Assembly (NCBI GenBank): GCA_003170415.1 | Contig: PMZJ01000041.1 | Span: forward strand, 22,520 to 86,519 | Length of the DNA stretch: 64,000 nt | Origin: Phycisphaerales bacterium | Lineage (GTDB): Bacteria; Planctomycetota; Phycisphaerae; Sedimentisphaerales; Anaerobacaceae | Reading direction: 5' to 3' | Part shown: positions 18,094 to 29,100 of the stretch, in pieces | Position numbering within the stretch: the stretch's first letter is position 1 | How the letters are laid out: each line of letters starts with the position of its first letter | Translations under genes and position numbers: made by a program | Notes under the pieces: model-generated | Databases searched by the model: none | The model's input: the letters and a program-made list of their open reading frames with translations, nothing else | What the model was told of the DNA's origin: nothing

Positions 18094-21000
18094 GGTTAAT
18101 CCTCCTCGGCGGATAAAGTGGACAACGCAGCAAAGCCGGGCCATTGTTGAGCACGGCAGGAACGTCTTTGTCTCCGCCTCGGCGGGGACAGGCAAGACCG
18201 CTGTGCTTTCGGGCAGTTGCGTCAACGTCGTGACCAACCCATCCGCCTGCCCCGACGTCTGGAGCGTACTTGTTGTTACTTTTACCGAAATGGCCGCTGA
18301 GGAAATGCGTTCCCGAATTGCAAAGCAGTTAAGCTCTGAGATGGAAACGACCGCGGACGCCACCCTTCGCAGGCATCTCCGCAGGCAGTTGATTCTGCTC
18401 GGCGCTGCGGACATAAGCACAATTCACTCATTCTGCAAACGCATTATCACCGAACATTTTTACGAAATAGGGCTTGACCCGACCTTCGGCATAATCGACG
18501 CCGACGAGGCAAAACTGCTAAAGACCGAGATACTCGAAAAAACAATCGACTGGGCCTGGAAACAAAACAATATAGCCGAGGCGCTGCGGCAGCTTATGAC
18601 TCGCAGAGATTTGCGAATGACGGAAGGTTTTCCCGCGACCATAATAGAGATAAGCGATTTCCTCGACGGCGTCGTATCACGCGATAACTGGCTTGAGCGG
18701 GCGAAAGTTTTAGCTGAGGCAGTTGACCCGTTCGCTACCGATATCGCGCAGGCCCAAAAGCAAATCGTAACGGATAAACTTCAGGAGGCCCTTGACCGGC
18801 TCGAATTCGCGCTGAAAATTTATAACGACCAGAATCCGTCGGGCAAGTGGGCCGCGAAATGCAGAAACGAATACATAAAACCTGTTCAGCAATGTATCGA
18901 GCAATTCAAAGCCGGCTGGTGGAAATTTGAAAGACCTAAAGTTTACAAACCAACGGATGTCCCGCAGGCGGACTTTATCGGCGGAATTGTCGGCGACGCG
19001 CTTGATTCCGTCAGGGAACTTAAAAACCTGGCGATTTTAAATCCTGAATATCTTAACAAATTCGCCGGCGCAATCGGCACACAGACAAGAGTCCTTGTTG
19101 AATTGGTCAGGCATTTCGACGATTCATATTGCCAGGCCAAAAAGGCAATCAACTGTCTGGATTTCGCCGACCTCGAACACTACGCCCTGCGCCTTTTGCA
19201 AAAAAGGGGTCAGGTCCCTTTTTCTGATGAACCGTCGCAAACCGCATTGAAACTGCGTAAAAAATACAAATACGTCTTTGTGGATGAATACCAAGATATC
19301 AACGACGTTCAGCAGGCAATCATCGATATGGTCGGTTCATTCGGCAACGTCTTCGCCGTCGGCGACCCGAAGCAAAGCATTTATCGATGGCGCGGCGCGA
19401 GACCCGAAATTTTTATCGAGCATCTCGGCCTTGCGTCGGCAGAACCGGAATCGAGTAATGCAGGTCTGCGAGTTGACCTCAACGTCAATTTCCGCTCCGT
19501 CAAACCAATCCTTGATTTTGCCAATAAGGTGTTTGGCCGGATAATGACCGCCTCGTTTGCTGGTATTGATTACGATGAGTCGGCATATCTTAAACCCCAT
19601 TCGCAGGAAAACGCGGAAACCGCGATTTCTCCTGCCGTTGAATTGCACATTCTCGACGAAGCACAAGCCGACTCGGACGCGTCGCCGTTCAGCGACAGGC
19701 AATTGCAGGCGGCGATGATTGCCCGGCGAATAAAGCAGCTCATCGGCGTCGATTCAAATGAGCAAATCATCGACAAAGAAACAAAAAAACCGCGACCCGT
19801 CGAGTATCGTGACATTGTTATACTAATGCGCTCGCTGGCGGGCAAAAGCGACTTTGTCGAGGCGCTGCGACTCGCCGGCATTCCCGTAAGCTGTGATGCT
19901 GCCGCCGGCTACTTCGAGGCGACAGAAATCACGGATATGCTGTGCCTGCTGAAGGTCCTCGATAACCCGCGACGCGACATCGAATTTGCCGGGACGCTGC
20001 GTTGCCCATTTTTCCGGTTCAGCGACACGGAGCTTACGAAGATTTGCCTGCAAGGCAAAAAAAATAATCGCAACCTCGGCTTCTACGATTGTGTAATATC
20101 GTTTTGTGAATCTGGAGGCGAATGCGAACTGACCGACAAACTTGCAAAATCACTCGCTATGCTCGATGAATGGCGAACCGTCGCGCGTCGAGGCCGGCTC
20201 GCGGAATTGGTTTGGCATATCTTTCGTCAGACCGGCTACCTGTCATTTGTCTGTGCTTTGCCCGATGGTCCTGCCCGCAGGGCCAATTTGCTGAAACTCC
20301 ACGACAGGGCCATCCAGTTCGAGGGCTTCGCGGGCAATTCGGGTGTCCCCTCGCTTACCCGTTTCATCGTTTTTTTAGAGAAGCTCATAGCCGCCGGCGA
20401 GGACTGGTCAAAGCCCCAGCCCGAAGCCGGCACGGGCAATACCGTTGCTGTTATGAGCATCCACAAAAGCAAGGGCCTCGAATTTCCCATCGTATTCGTC
20501 GCCGACCTCGACAGCCAGTTCAGCAAAAAGGACTTCAGCCGTGATTGCGTTCTGGATGAACGCCTTACGCTCGGCCTGAAAATAATCGACGCCGAAAGCA
20601 ACTCACGCCTCGACTCGCCGGCTTACCAGGTAATCGAGGAGCGGAACCGCCGAAAGTCGCTGGCCGAGGAAATGCGAATCCTCTACGTTGCTATGACAAG
20701 GGCGATGAATCGGCTTGTCCTCGTCGGCTGCAAAACCCGGGATAGCTGCCGAAACATTCTCACCGCGGCCCATTCATTTGCTGGCCAGTCAATTCCATCC
20801 TGGCATCTGGAAGCACGCCAAAACCATCTCGACTGGATTTTATCCGCGCTCGGTAGCGAGCCGCTCCTGCATCAGGTATTTCAAACAGAACTGCCGACGC
20901 AAACTTCGCAGGACAACCTCTTCAGCGTCCAGTTTTACGACCAGCCGGAGCTGGCGAAACTTTCCGCTATTATCCAGCACTCAAAACTAAAAACTCAAAA

Positions 21001-21775
21001 TTCAACACTTAAAACTCCAGTCGTTAAACATAACTTGGTCGGCCTTAAACGCTCTCTTGATTGGCAATACCCGTTCGGCAACGCGCCATCGCTGCCCGCC
21101 AAAAGAACCGTTACCCAGTGGACTCATCGAAACGACGAATTTGCCAAGATTGATTATTCGCTTGCCTTCGACCGAAAACCAAAAGCCGTTTTCGCAACTA
21201 AGCAAATTGACAGCAGGTCTGCCTGCCCTGAGCTTAGTCGAAGGGTCGGCACAGCCACACACCTTGTTATGTCAAAACTTGACATGGCTAAACCAGTAAC
21301 GACGGAAACAGTAAATCAACTTATTGAAAAACTCGTAAAAGATGACGCTCTTGTTCAGGAAATAGCGTCGCAAATAAATGCCGAATCAATTGCGAAATTC
21401 TTCAGGAGCAAACTTGGCCAAACAGTCCTCGACAAGAAGAATATCGTCCGGCGAGAATGGCCCTTTACCTTTGCCGTTCCCGCCTCACAATGGGATGAAT
21501 CCGCGACGTACCAAACGAGTCACGGGTCACGAGGCACGAGCGACGATTTTATTATCGTTCAGGGCATAATCGATTTGCTTGTCAAAACGCCCAAAGGCCT
21601 CGTGGTCATAGATTTCAAAACCGATGATGTGTCCGCCGATGGAGCGACAAAACGTGCTGAATTATATCACGGACAATTAGACCTTTACGCAAAGGCCGCA
21701 AGCATAATACTTGGTCAAAAAATAGACAGCAAATGGCTCTGTTTCCTGAGGCCCGGCTGCGAAGTCGAGGTCTGA
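18062..21775 (+). CDS. addA: ATP-dependent helicase/nuclease subunit A (UvrD-like, AddA type)
   Basis: SASAGTGKT, VDEYQDIN and YVAMTRA helicase motifs. C-terminal nuclease GIIDLLVKTPKGLVVIDFKTD. The start could also be Met at 18080. Confidence 0.88.
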   Translation: MSGLKQMSQSKVNPPRRIKWTTQQSRAIVEHGRNVFVSASAGTGKTAVLSGSCVNVVTNPSACPDVWSVLVVTFTEMAAEEMRSRIAKQLSSEMETTADATLRRHLRRQLILLGAADISTIHSFCKRIITEHFYEIGLDPTFGIIDADEAKLLKTEILEKTIDWAWKQNNIAEALRQLMTRRDLRMTEGFPATIIEISDFLDGVVSRDNWLERAKVLAEAVDPFATDIAQAQKQIVTDKLQEALDRLEFALKIYNDQNPSGKWAAKCRNEYIKPVQQCIEQFKAGWWKFERPKVYKPTDVPQADFIGGIVGDALDSVRELKNLAILNPEYLNKFAGAIGTQTRVLVELVRHFDDSYCQAKKAINCLDFADLEHYALRLLQKRGQVPFSDEPSQTALKLRKKYKYVFVDEYQDINDVQQAIIDMVGSFGNVFAVGDPKQSIYRWRGARPEIFIEHLGLASAEPESSNAGLRVDLNVNFRSVKPILDFANKVFGRIMTASFAGIDYDESAYLKPHSQENAETAISPAVELHILDEAQADSDASPFSDRQLQAAMIARRIKQLIGVDSNEQIIDKETKKPRPVEYRDIVILMRSLAGKSDFVEALRLAGIPVSCDAAAGYFEATEITDMLCLLKVLDNPRRDIEFAGTLRCPFFRFSDTELTKICLQGKKNNRNLGFYDCVISFCESGGECELTDKLAKSLAMLDEWRTVARRGRLAELVWHIFRQTGYLSFVCALPDGPARRANLLKLHDRAIQFEGFAGNSGVPSLTRFIVFLEKLIAAGEDWSKPQPEAGTGNTVAVMSIHKSKGLEFPIVFVADLDSQFSKKDFSRDCVLDERLTLGLKIIDAESNSRLDSPAYQVIEERNRRKSLAEEMRILYVAMTRAMNRLVLVGCKTRDSCRNILTAAHSFAGQSIPSWHLEARQNHLDWILSALGSEPLLHQVFQTELPTQTSQDNLFSVQFYDQPELAKLSAIIQHSKLKTQNSTLKTPVVKHNLVGLKRSLDWQYPFGNAPSLPAKRTVTQWTHRNDEFAKIDYSLAFDRKPKAVFATKQIDSRSACPELSRRVGTATHLVMSKLDMAKPVTTETVNQLIEKLVKDDALVQEIASQINAESIAKFFRSKLGQTVLDKKNIVRREWPFTFAVPASQWDESATYQTSHGSRGTSDDFIIVQGIIDLLVKTPKGLVVIDFKTDDVSADGATKRAELYHGQLDLYAKAASIILGQKIDSKWLCFLRPGCEVEV

Positions 21776-21800
21776 ACCTGGAGAAAAATATTATTCGATT

Positions 21801-23201
21801 ATGGAGGAAAAGATGATTACCGCACCCCAAACCAGGTATCTCATAGTGTCAGCGTTTTTATTTCAGATTGTGTTTAACCGCGCAGCCCTCGCTCATCTTG
21901 AAACAGCCAAACTGTTCCCTCCCGATGCCAACACCGGCGACACTTTCGGCGCTTCGGTCGCAATCGAGGGAAATATCGTTGTAGTTGGGGCATATCAGAA
22001 TGACTCAAATGGTAGCGACTGTGGTGCCGCTTATGTTTATGAACTCTCCGGCTCACAGTGGATTCAAAAACAAAAGCTCGTCCCTTCCGACGGTGTGGCC
22101 GGCGATAAATTCGGCAAGTCAGTCGCCATCCAGGGTGACACTATTGTGGTGGGCAGTTATTATGACGACAGCAATGGCTCTGCTTATGTCTTCACCCGTT
22201 CAGGAGATGTCTGGATACAGCAGCAAAAACTCGTCGCTCCCGACGCCGCCCCTGATGACAGATTTGGCTGCTCCGTTTCAATCGATAATAATACTATCGT
22301 CGTCGGCGCATATCGCTGCAACGGCTACACCGGCAGCGCCTATGTTTTCACTCGCACCGGCACAAACTGGGGCTTTCAGGAGAAACTGACTGCATCGGAT
22401 GCCAAGTCGGGTGAGTATTTCGGCTACAGCGTCGCAATCGACAACAACACAATCATTATCGGTGTGCCCTATGACGATTATTCCGGGGACGTCGATGCCG
22501 GCTGCGCCTATCTTTACCGGCTACAGGGCGCAGCATGGGTCGAACAGTGTATTCTGCGGGCTTCCGACGGCGGCCCCAGTTATCACTTCGGATACTCTGT
22601 TGCTCTCGATGGCAACTGGGCCGTTATCGGTGCGTATGAGGGCAATACCGATATTGTTTCTGGTGCGGGCTCGGTTTATGTCTTCGCCAATACCGACGCC
22701 GGCTGGGTCGAACAGCAGAAACTATTCGACACCAACGACCCGTGTAGCGGTGAGGACTTCGGCTGGGCAGTCGCCATAAAAGATGACACAATACTCGCCG
22801 GCTGCCCCTATGATTTCACCGACGGTAATAAAACCGGGTCAGTATTTGAATTTGTCCGCACGGGCACAACCTGGGTTCAAAGCGACCGGCTCACGGCCGG
22901 CGATGCAAATGCAGACGATAAATTCGGCTCCTCGCTCGCATTATCAGGTCGCCATATCATCATTGGTGCACCTTACAACTCTAACAACGGCAAATCCACC
23001 GGCTCAACATACATCTTCGACAATTTCCTCGCCGACCTCGATGCCGACGGCGATGTTGACTTTTTCGACTTTGCTGTTTTGGCCGGCTACTGGCATCAAA
23101 ATAATCCTTTGGCGGACATTGCCCCCGAACCTGCGGGCGATGCAATCGTAGATATAAAAGATTTGGCTGTTCTGTGCGATAACTGGCTGGCTGGTAAATA
23201 A
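21801..23201 (+). CDS. secreted seven-blade FG-GAP-like beta-propeller protein with dockerin-like C-terminus
   Basis: Seven units of the pattern xGDxFGxSVAIxGxxIVVGAxxDDxxGxxxGxAYVF, then DLDADGDVDFFDFAVLAGYW ... DIKDLAVLCDNW. Confidence 0.75.
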   Translation: MEEKMITAPQTRYLIVSAFLFQIVFNRAALAHLETAKLFPPDANTGDTFGASVAIEGNIVVVGAYQNDSNGSDCGAAYVYELSGSQWIQKQKLVPSDGVAGDKFGKSVAIQGDTIVVGSYYDDSNGSAYVFTRSGDVWIQQQKLVAPDAAPDDRFGCSVSIDNNTIVVGAYRCNGYTGSAYVFTRTGTNWGFQEKLTASDAKSGEYFGYSVAIDNNTIIIGVPYDDYSGDVDAGCAYLYRLQGAAWVEQCILRASDGGPSYHFGYSVALDGNWAVIGAYEGNTDIVSGAGSVYVFANTDAGWVEQQKLFDTNDPCSGEDFGWAVAIKDDTILAGCPYDFTDGNKTGSVFEFVRTGTTWVQSDRLTAGDANADDKFGSSLALSGRHIIIGAPYNSNNGKSTGSTYIFDNFLADLDADGDVDFFDFAVLAGYWHQNNPLADIAPEPAGDAIVDIKDLAVLCDNWLAGK

Positions 23202-23397
23202 CAGATATGGCGCAAAGCTGGTTCTTTAACCCAATATCCGGCATGTCTGGAGGCGATGGAGACCTGTTCTGGCCCGCCTCAAAACCCGCGAAAACCACTT
23301 GCGGATGAGCCGAATTTATGGTATTTTGTAAGTTTTGAGCAACTTAACCAAAACGGGGTTTTGCCTCACGATTAATATTGTATTGGGAGATACAAAA

Positions 23398-24438
23398 ATG
23401 AAGGTCGGAAGATTGAGTTTAATTACTGGTATCATTAGTTCTGTATTGGTTTTACAGTGCTGGTTCGCCGGTCAGGCAGTTGGTGCGCAGGCGCCTGCCT
23501 CCAAACCCGCGGCTGAACCCAACGGGCCGTCCCCGAAAATTGTTTTCGAGCAGGCCATTCACGATTTCGGTCCCGTTGCGCCCGGCTCCCTCAATCCCTG
23601 CAAGTTCAAGTTCAAAAATGAAGGCGCCGGTGTCCTCAAAATTAGTGATGTTACCAAAACCTGTGGCTGCACCGTCTTTACGCTCGAAAAAAAGGAATAT
23701 GCTCCCGGTGAGGAAGGAGCGATTGATGTCGGATACAACGCCGACAGGGGCAGCGGCGTCAGAACTCGACACCTCTATGTGCTCTCAAACGATAAGGATA
23801 ACCCGAGAGTCGAGTTGACCATTAAGGCCTCTATCGCCCAGAAGATTGTTTACGACCCGGAAAAGCTGGATTATACGCTCAGGGGCAAAAACGCAGGCGT
23901 CCTTGAATTAACCTTGCACAGTATCGATGACCAGAATTTTGCGATTACCGCGTTCAACGCCACCGGCGACGCCGTCTCCGCGGATTTTGACCCGAACCAA
24001 AAGGCCGCGAAATTTGTCCTTAAGACCAAAATGGACATACAAAAAACAGGCGTCAACAGCAGCGGCCGCATTGAAATTACAACCAGTCATCCGGAGTGTC
24101 CTACGATTACCGTACCTTTCAGCGTTCTGGCAAGATTTAAGGTTGACCCGCCTGCCATAAACGTGCTCAACGCCGAAGTCAACAAGTCCGTCGAGCGGGA
24201 ATTGTGGCTGCTCAATAATTACAACGAAGATTTTGAAATCGCCTCAGCAACCTCCAAGGAAGGCATCATAAAGGTTGTCAGTCAGGAAAAAATCGGTAAT
24301 CGCTACAAGTTCAATCTTGCGATAGTCCCTCCTGCGACTCGAAATCCAACGAGGATGTTTACGGATACGCTCACGATAACCACCAAAGACGGCGAAAAAA
24401 TAGAGGTCGCCTGCCGTGGGTTCTATCAACGACAATAA
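23398..24438 (+). CDS. DUF1573 domain-containing exported protein
   Basis: Signal peptide from ATG 23398. HDFGPVAPGSLNPCKFKFKNEGAGVLKISDVTKTCGCTV matches the DUF1573 signature. Confidence 0.72.
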   Translation: MKVGRLSLITGIISSVLVLQCWFAGQAVGAQAPASKPAAEPNGPSPKIVFEQAIHDFGPVAPGSLNPCKFKFKNEGAGVLKISDVTKTCGCTVFTLEKKEYAPGEEGAIDVGYNADRGSGVRTRHLYVLSNDKDNPRVELTIKASIAQKIVYDPEKLDYTLRGKNAGVLELTLHSIDDQNFAITAFNATGDAVSADFDPNQKAAKFVLKTKMDIQKTGVNSSGRIEITTSHPECPTITVPFSVLARFKVDPPAINVLNAEVNKSVERELWLLNNYNEDFEIASATSKEGIIKVVSQEKIGNRYKFNLAIVPPATRNPTRMFTDTLTITTKDGEKIEVACRGFYQRQ

Positions 24439-24466
24439 AGGCGACACAAACTGAATCTTGCCGGCA

Positions 24467-25852
24467 ATGACGGGAAAAAGGGCTTTTATCTTCCTGCTGA
24501 CCGCGACAACGGTGTTCGCAGTCCCCGGTGCGCCTGGGCAAACGCGTGACCTTGTTACTATTTTCTTCACAGGTAACGAGTTGGGCTCAATGCAGCCCTG
24601 TGGCTGTTCGGGCGGGCAGCTTGGCGGTCTTGACAGACGTTATGCCGTCTTGAATGCCGTCGGCCCGCAAAATCGCCTCATCATTGATACCGGCTCGCTG
24701 GTTCCCGAATCAACCGAGCAAAACCTCATTAAATTCAGCATTATCGTGCAGGCATTTGCCCAGCTTGGCTATGACGTAGTCAACCTCACCGAACAGGATA
24801 TTCTTATCGCTCGCCAGGCGGGACTTCTTGATGGCCTCAGTTCGCTTTTCAACTGCATAACCGCCGGCAGCCCCGACGACGTAAAACTGCCTGCAAAATT
24901 CACAAAGAAATTTACGCTGAATGGGATTGTTTTCGAAGCAGCCGTTGTTACCGCCGAAACCGAAGACCAGATTTCCCGGCTGCCAGACCTGTTTTCGTCA
25001 ACCGCCGCCGGGTCGCCTTCGGCGGTAAAAATTCTGATTCTTAACCGTGCCGACGCAAAAACAGTCGCTACCGTTTCGGAAATGCACCTCGTCGATTTAC
25101 TGATTGTCCCTTCGCAGTCCGAGGATGAGCCGATACTTGTTAGCGATACCAATGTCAGTCCCCTGGTAATCTCGTCGGGACGGCTGGGCAAGTACGTCGG
25201 CAAAATCCAGGTGATATTTAACGGCGCAGGGCGAAAACCCCGGCTGAAGTTTACTTCGGTGCCGGTTACCGAGGATATTCCCCAGCATCAGCCGCTTGTC
25301 GAACTTTATAAGGACTACCAGCGATTAGTCAAAGATGCCAACATAATCGAAAGACAGCCGCGTTTCATTTTGCCGGGCAACCTCGAATACATCGGCTCAA
25401 AATACTGCAAACTCTGCCACGACTATGAATACGAAAAGTGGATGACAAGCAAACAGGTTTTTATACCCGGTCTGGCTAAGCAGGCGTCGCCTGACAACAG
25501 GCACGCCAACGCCTTCGCTGCGCTCGAAAAGGTCGGCTCCGAATATGACCCCGAATGTGTCGTCTGCCACGTTGTCGGCATGCAATACCAAACCGGCTAC
25601 ATCTCCCCGGCAAAAACCCCCGAATTGAAAGACGTCGGCTGCGAAAACTGCCACGGGCCGGGTTCCGAGCATCTCAGGTCGCTCGGCGCAATCGAGACCT
25701 CAGGCCCTATGTCAACCTGCAGCGATTGCCATACCGCTGAGCAAAGCGGAGAATACGCAGCCAATGAGAAGCAGTACTTTGAGAAAATCGTCCACTGGAG
25801 GGAGCCGGTTTCCATAGTCAGAGTCACAGAACCTAACCGCTCATCGAAGTAG
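24467..25852 (+). CDS. multiheme (4 x CxxCH) c-type cytochrome with N-terminal PCGC-motif domain
   Basis: CKLCH, CVVCH, CENCH and CSDCH in the C-terminal 150 aa. Signal peptide. N-terminal GNELGSMQPCGCSGGQLGGLDRR. ATG at 24467 within the ORF opening at TTG 24458. Confidence 0.8.
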   Translation: MTGKRAFIFLLTATTVFAVPGAPGQTRDLVTIFFTGNELGSMQPCGCSGGQLGGLDRRYAVLNAVGPQNRLIIDTGSLVPESTEQNLIKFSIIVQAFAQLGYDVVNLTEQDILIARQAGLLDGLSSLFNCITAGSPDDVKLPAKFTKKFTLNGIVFEAAVVTAETEDQISRLPDLFSSTAAGSPSAVKILILNRADAKTVATVSEMHLVDLLIVPSQSEDEPILVSDTNVSPLVISSGRLGKYVGKIQVIFNGAGRKPRLKFTSVPVTEDIPQHQPLVELYKDYQRLVKDANIIERQPRFILPGNLEYIGSKYCKLCHDYEYEKWMTSKQVFIPGLAKQASPDNRHANAFAALEKVGSEYDPECVVCHVVGMQYQTGYISPAKTPELKDVGCENCHGPGSEHLRSLGAIETSGPMSTCSDCHTAEQSGEYAANEKQYFEKIVHWREPVSIVRVTEPNRSSK

Positions 25853-26151
25853 AAGCGAAAAAGGGGCCTGCCCTGAGCTGACCTGTGGTGAGCGCAGCCG
25901 AACCAGTCGAAGGGCAACCTTTTCATCTTTCGTCTCCTTATTGATAAAAACCATTGTTTTATAGGACTATTGGCCATACAGCTTTCTCCGTCGACAGAGG
26001 CCTGAAAATAACCCAAAAACGAGGTCGCCAAACTCGCCACAGGGGGGAACTTTTTGATGGCTTCTTTGTCTCATTTAGTGTGGTGACTCCGTGCCTGTCC
26101 AGAATTGCTGAGACACCGTGTGCTCACGGGTGAGTCAGGCCTGAGGAACGA

Positions 26152-29100
26152 GTGATGAGAGATATGGAGCGTGCTATGGCACTAAAGCTGAGACCCGCCT
26201 GCCGGGTGGTCAAGTTTGCTTTCTTTGCACTTTTAATGCTCGGCAGTTTTGCCTCCTGTCAATTGGGGCTGGCTGCCGACCTTGTGTCGCCCAACGAAAC
26301 AGCAAGTTCCGTCCCTGACAGATACAGGGCTTTTTTACTTAAATACATCTCACCGCAGAAGGCCAAACAATTTCTGGCCGACGTGAACATCACGAATGCT
26401 TCCCAGCTCAATGATTCCAATACGTTGCTGGTTACAGCCAGCCCGGATGCTCTTCTCAAGGCCGCGGCCCTGCTGACGCTGGCTGATTCGCGTGAAAAGT
26501 ATGCCGTGAAGGTCCTGTTGCCCGCCTCCGAGGCAAATCAGATGCCGTCCGCGGAAGCAATGGCAGCCGAAATCGGCAGAATATCCATAGGGACTTTTTA
26601 TAATCTGCCTGGCGGCACAGGATACAAGGCGATTGTGGATATCCACGAGGATAAGCTTGTAGCTATCGCTCCGGTCGCGGTTATGGACAAGTTTGTTGAA
26701 TATGCCGATGTGGTAAAACGAGCCAGCCCTTTACCTGATTTGGAGGATGGTCTTGCCTCTGTGCCCGTTGTGGAATCAAGCCCCGCCGACCCGGATAAGG
26801 CGTTTGGCGAGCTTCTCGATTCTATATCCAAAGCCGAAAGTAATCTAAAATCGACCGATACCGCAAAACAACAGACCAAACAGCCCAAAGCAGAGGGCGT
26901 CGCGGTCAAACCCAAAAAACAAGCGGCTAAAGACGAGAAAAAAATAACAGGCAAAGATAAAAAAGCCGTCGTGCCAGACCTCGAAACGGAAGCATCGACA
27001 GAGCCAAATGAGGAAAAGGTTCGCAATCCATACGAGCCGGAATATGCCGCCAATGCCGATGAGACACTCGATCTTGCATTGCCCGAAAAACTTGACGTCA
27101 TCAGTTTGCTCGAACTGGTCGGCAAATATCTTAACCTCAATTATGTGTACGACGAGAGCAAAATAAAGAATATGGCGGTCAATCTGAAGGTTCAGGGGCC
27201 AATCAAGGTAAGGGACCTTTACCCGCTTGTTGAATCAGTCCTGAGGTTTACGGGACTTGCTATGACTCGCAAGGGTAATTTGGTTACGGTAGTTCCCATT
27301 GCCGATACCCTGGACATAGACCCTGCCTTAATAGAGTCCGACAGCGGCCAGGTTAGGGCAGGCGACGTTATAGTTACCCGCATTTTTCAGCTTAATTATA
27401 TCGATACCGCCAGCGCTAAGGCCCTGCTGGAGGGTATGAAAATAGGGGCTGTAACAGAAATAGCGGCGAGGGGAACGCTTATTGTTACCGGATACGCTTA
27501 TCGTATGAACAGGGTGGAGCAGCTTCTTGAAGTCATCGACAAGCCGGGCATCCCCAAGCAATTCAGGTTCCGGCAGTTAAAATACACGATGGCCAGCACG
27601 CTCGCCCCGAAGATTAAGACGCTTGTCGAACAATTAGGCGATATGTCGATTGCGATTTCCTCTACTCCCACGGCCGCGACGTCTCAGCCGCCAAGGCGTG
27701 TTCCGGTTCGCCAGCCGATGCCGGTCCAGCCGACTCCAGCGGCCGGTTCTTCAAAACCGTCGATATATCTTGACGCTGACGAAAGGACCAACCGCATCCT
27801 GATGATAGGGCAGGAGGAAGAACTGACTGTCGTGGAAAATCTCATTGACGCCCTTGACATCGCGCAACAGGACCTCCGCTCGCTTCGGGTGTATGAGATG
27901 CAGCACGTTGATGCCGAAGACGTGAGAAAAAAACTGGAAGAGCTTGGCATAATAGGTGCCAGTCGAACGGGCACGACCACATCCGGCAGGATTACCTCAA
28001 GAACAGCAACGCCTGCTGCGCCGGGTCAGCCGGCCGCATCGCCGACGCCTGCTGCAATGACAGCCCCCGGTTCGGAAGGGGAATTGCCAACCGAAGAGCC
28101 GCAGGTGGTGGTCATCGAGGCAACCAACTCCCTGATGGTCAATGCCTCGCCTGAACAGCACGCCCTGATTGCAACCATTATCTCCTACGTCGATAGCGAA
28201 AGTGAACAGAAAGCGATACCATACAAGGTTTATCCGCTTCAGAATCAGTCGCCGGACCATATCGCGGAGGTCCTCAAGAAGTTAATCGAGGACGTCGTCA
28301 AAGATAAAGATAGCAAGATTGAAAAGGTCGTAAAAAAGACCGAAGAAAACATCATTATCGTTCCGGACCCCAATACTTTCTCGCTGATAGTTTACGCCAA
28401 CAAGAAAAATCAGGACTGGATTGCGGATTTGATAAAAACTTTGGACAGACGAAGACCCCAGGTGCTTATTGACGTCACGCTCGTCGAGGTTACCAACAAA
28501 GACAATTTCGACCTCGACCTGCAATTAGCCAGCAAGTTTCCCGAAATGGTACCTGGAACAACGATGGTTAGTGGTGTGGTGACCCCCATTACACCGTCCT
28601 TCCTGGGCGGCACCGTTAGCGAAGCAGCAAGCAATCCGGTTTTAGGAACTATTGCGGGCGGCCAGGGTTTTTATAGCGACAAGCATATACAGGCGCTTCT
28701 TACGGCAATGGAGACAAAGAGCTACGGACGCGTGCTGGCCAAACCCAAAATATTAGTCAACGACGGCCAAGTCGGCGTAATCAAGACCGCCGATACCAAG
28801 AACGTGTCTATAACCGGCGGTTCCACCGTATCGAACGGCACTGTCGTCGCGGGAAGCACCAGTTACCAGCCGTACAATGACGGTATAACGCTTACCATTC
28901 AGCCCAATATCAGCGAGGGCGACCTGTTGCTTCTTATCATCAATCTCGACAGGACGGATTTCGTTAATGCGACTGCCAACCAAGTAACCCCCCCCGATAC
29001 AACGTCGAGCAACATTAATACAACAGTAACGGTTCCAGACGGCAAAACTATCATCCTCGGCGGGATGCTTAAACTTGGCCAGTCAAAAAACGGCAACAAG

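Noticed and set aside
25597-26040. 147-aa minus-strand ORF spanning the cytochrome 3' end and the gspD upstream region
   Set aside because: It is antisense to the heme-binding region of a supported gene. The remainder covers repeat-containing non-coding DNA (25865-25918).
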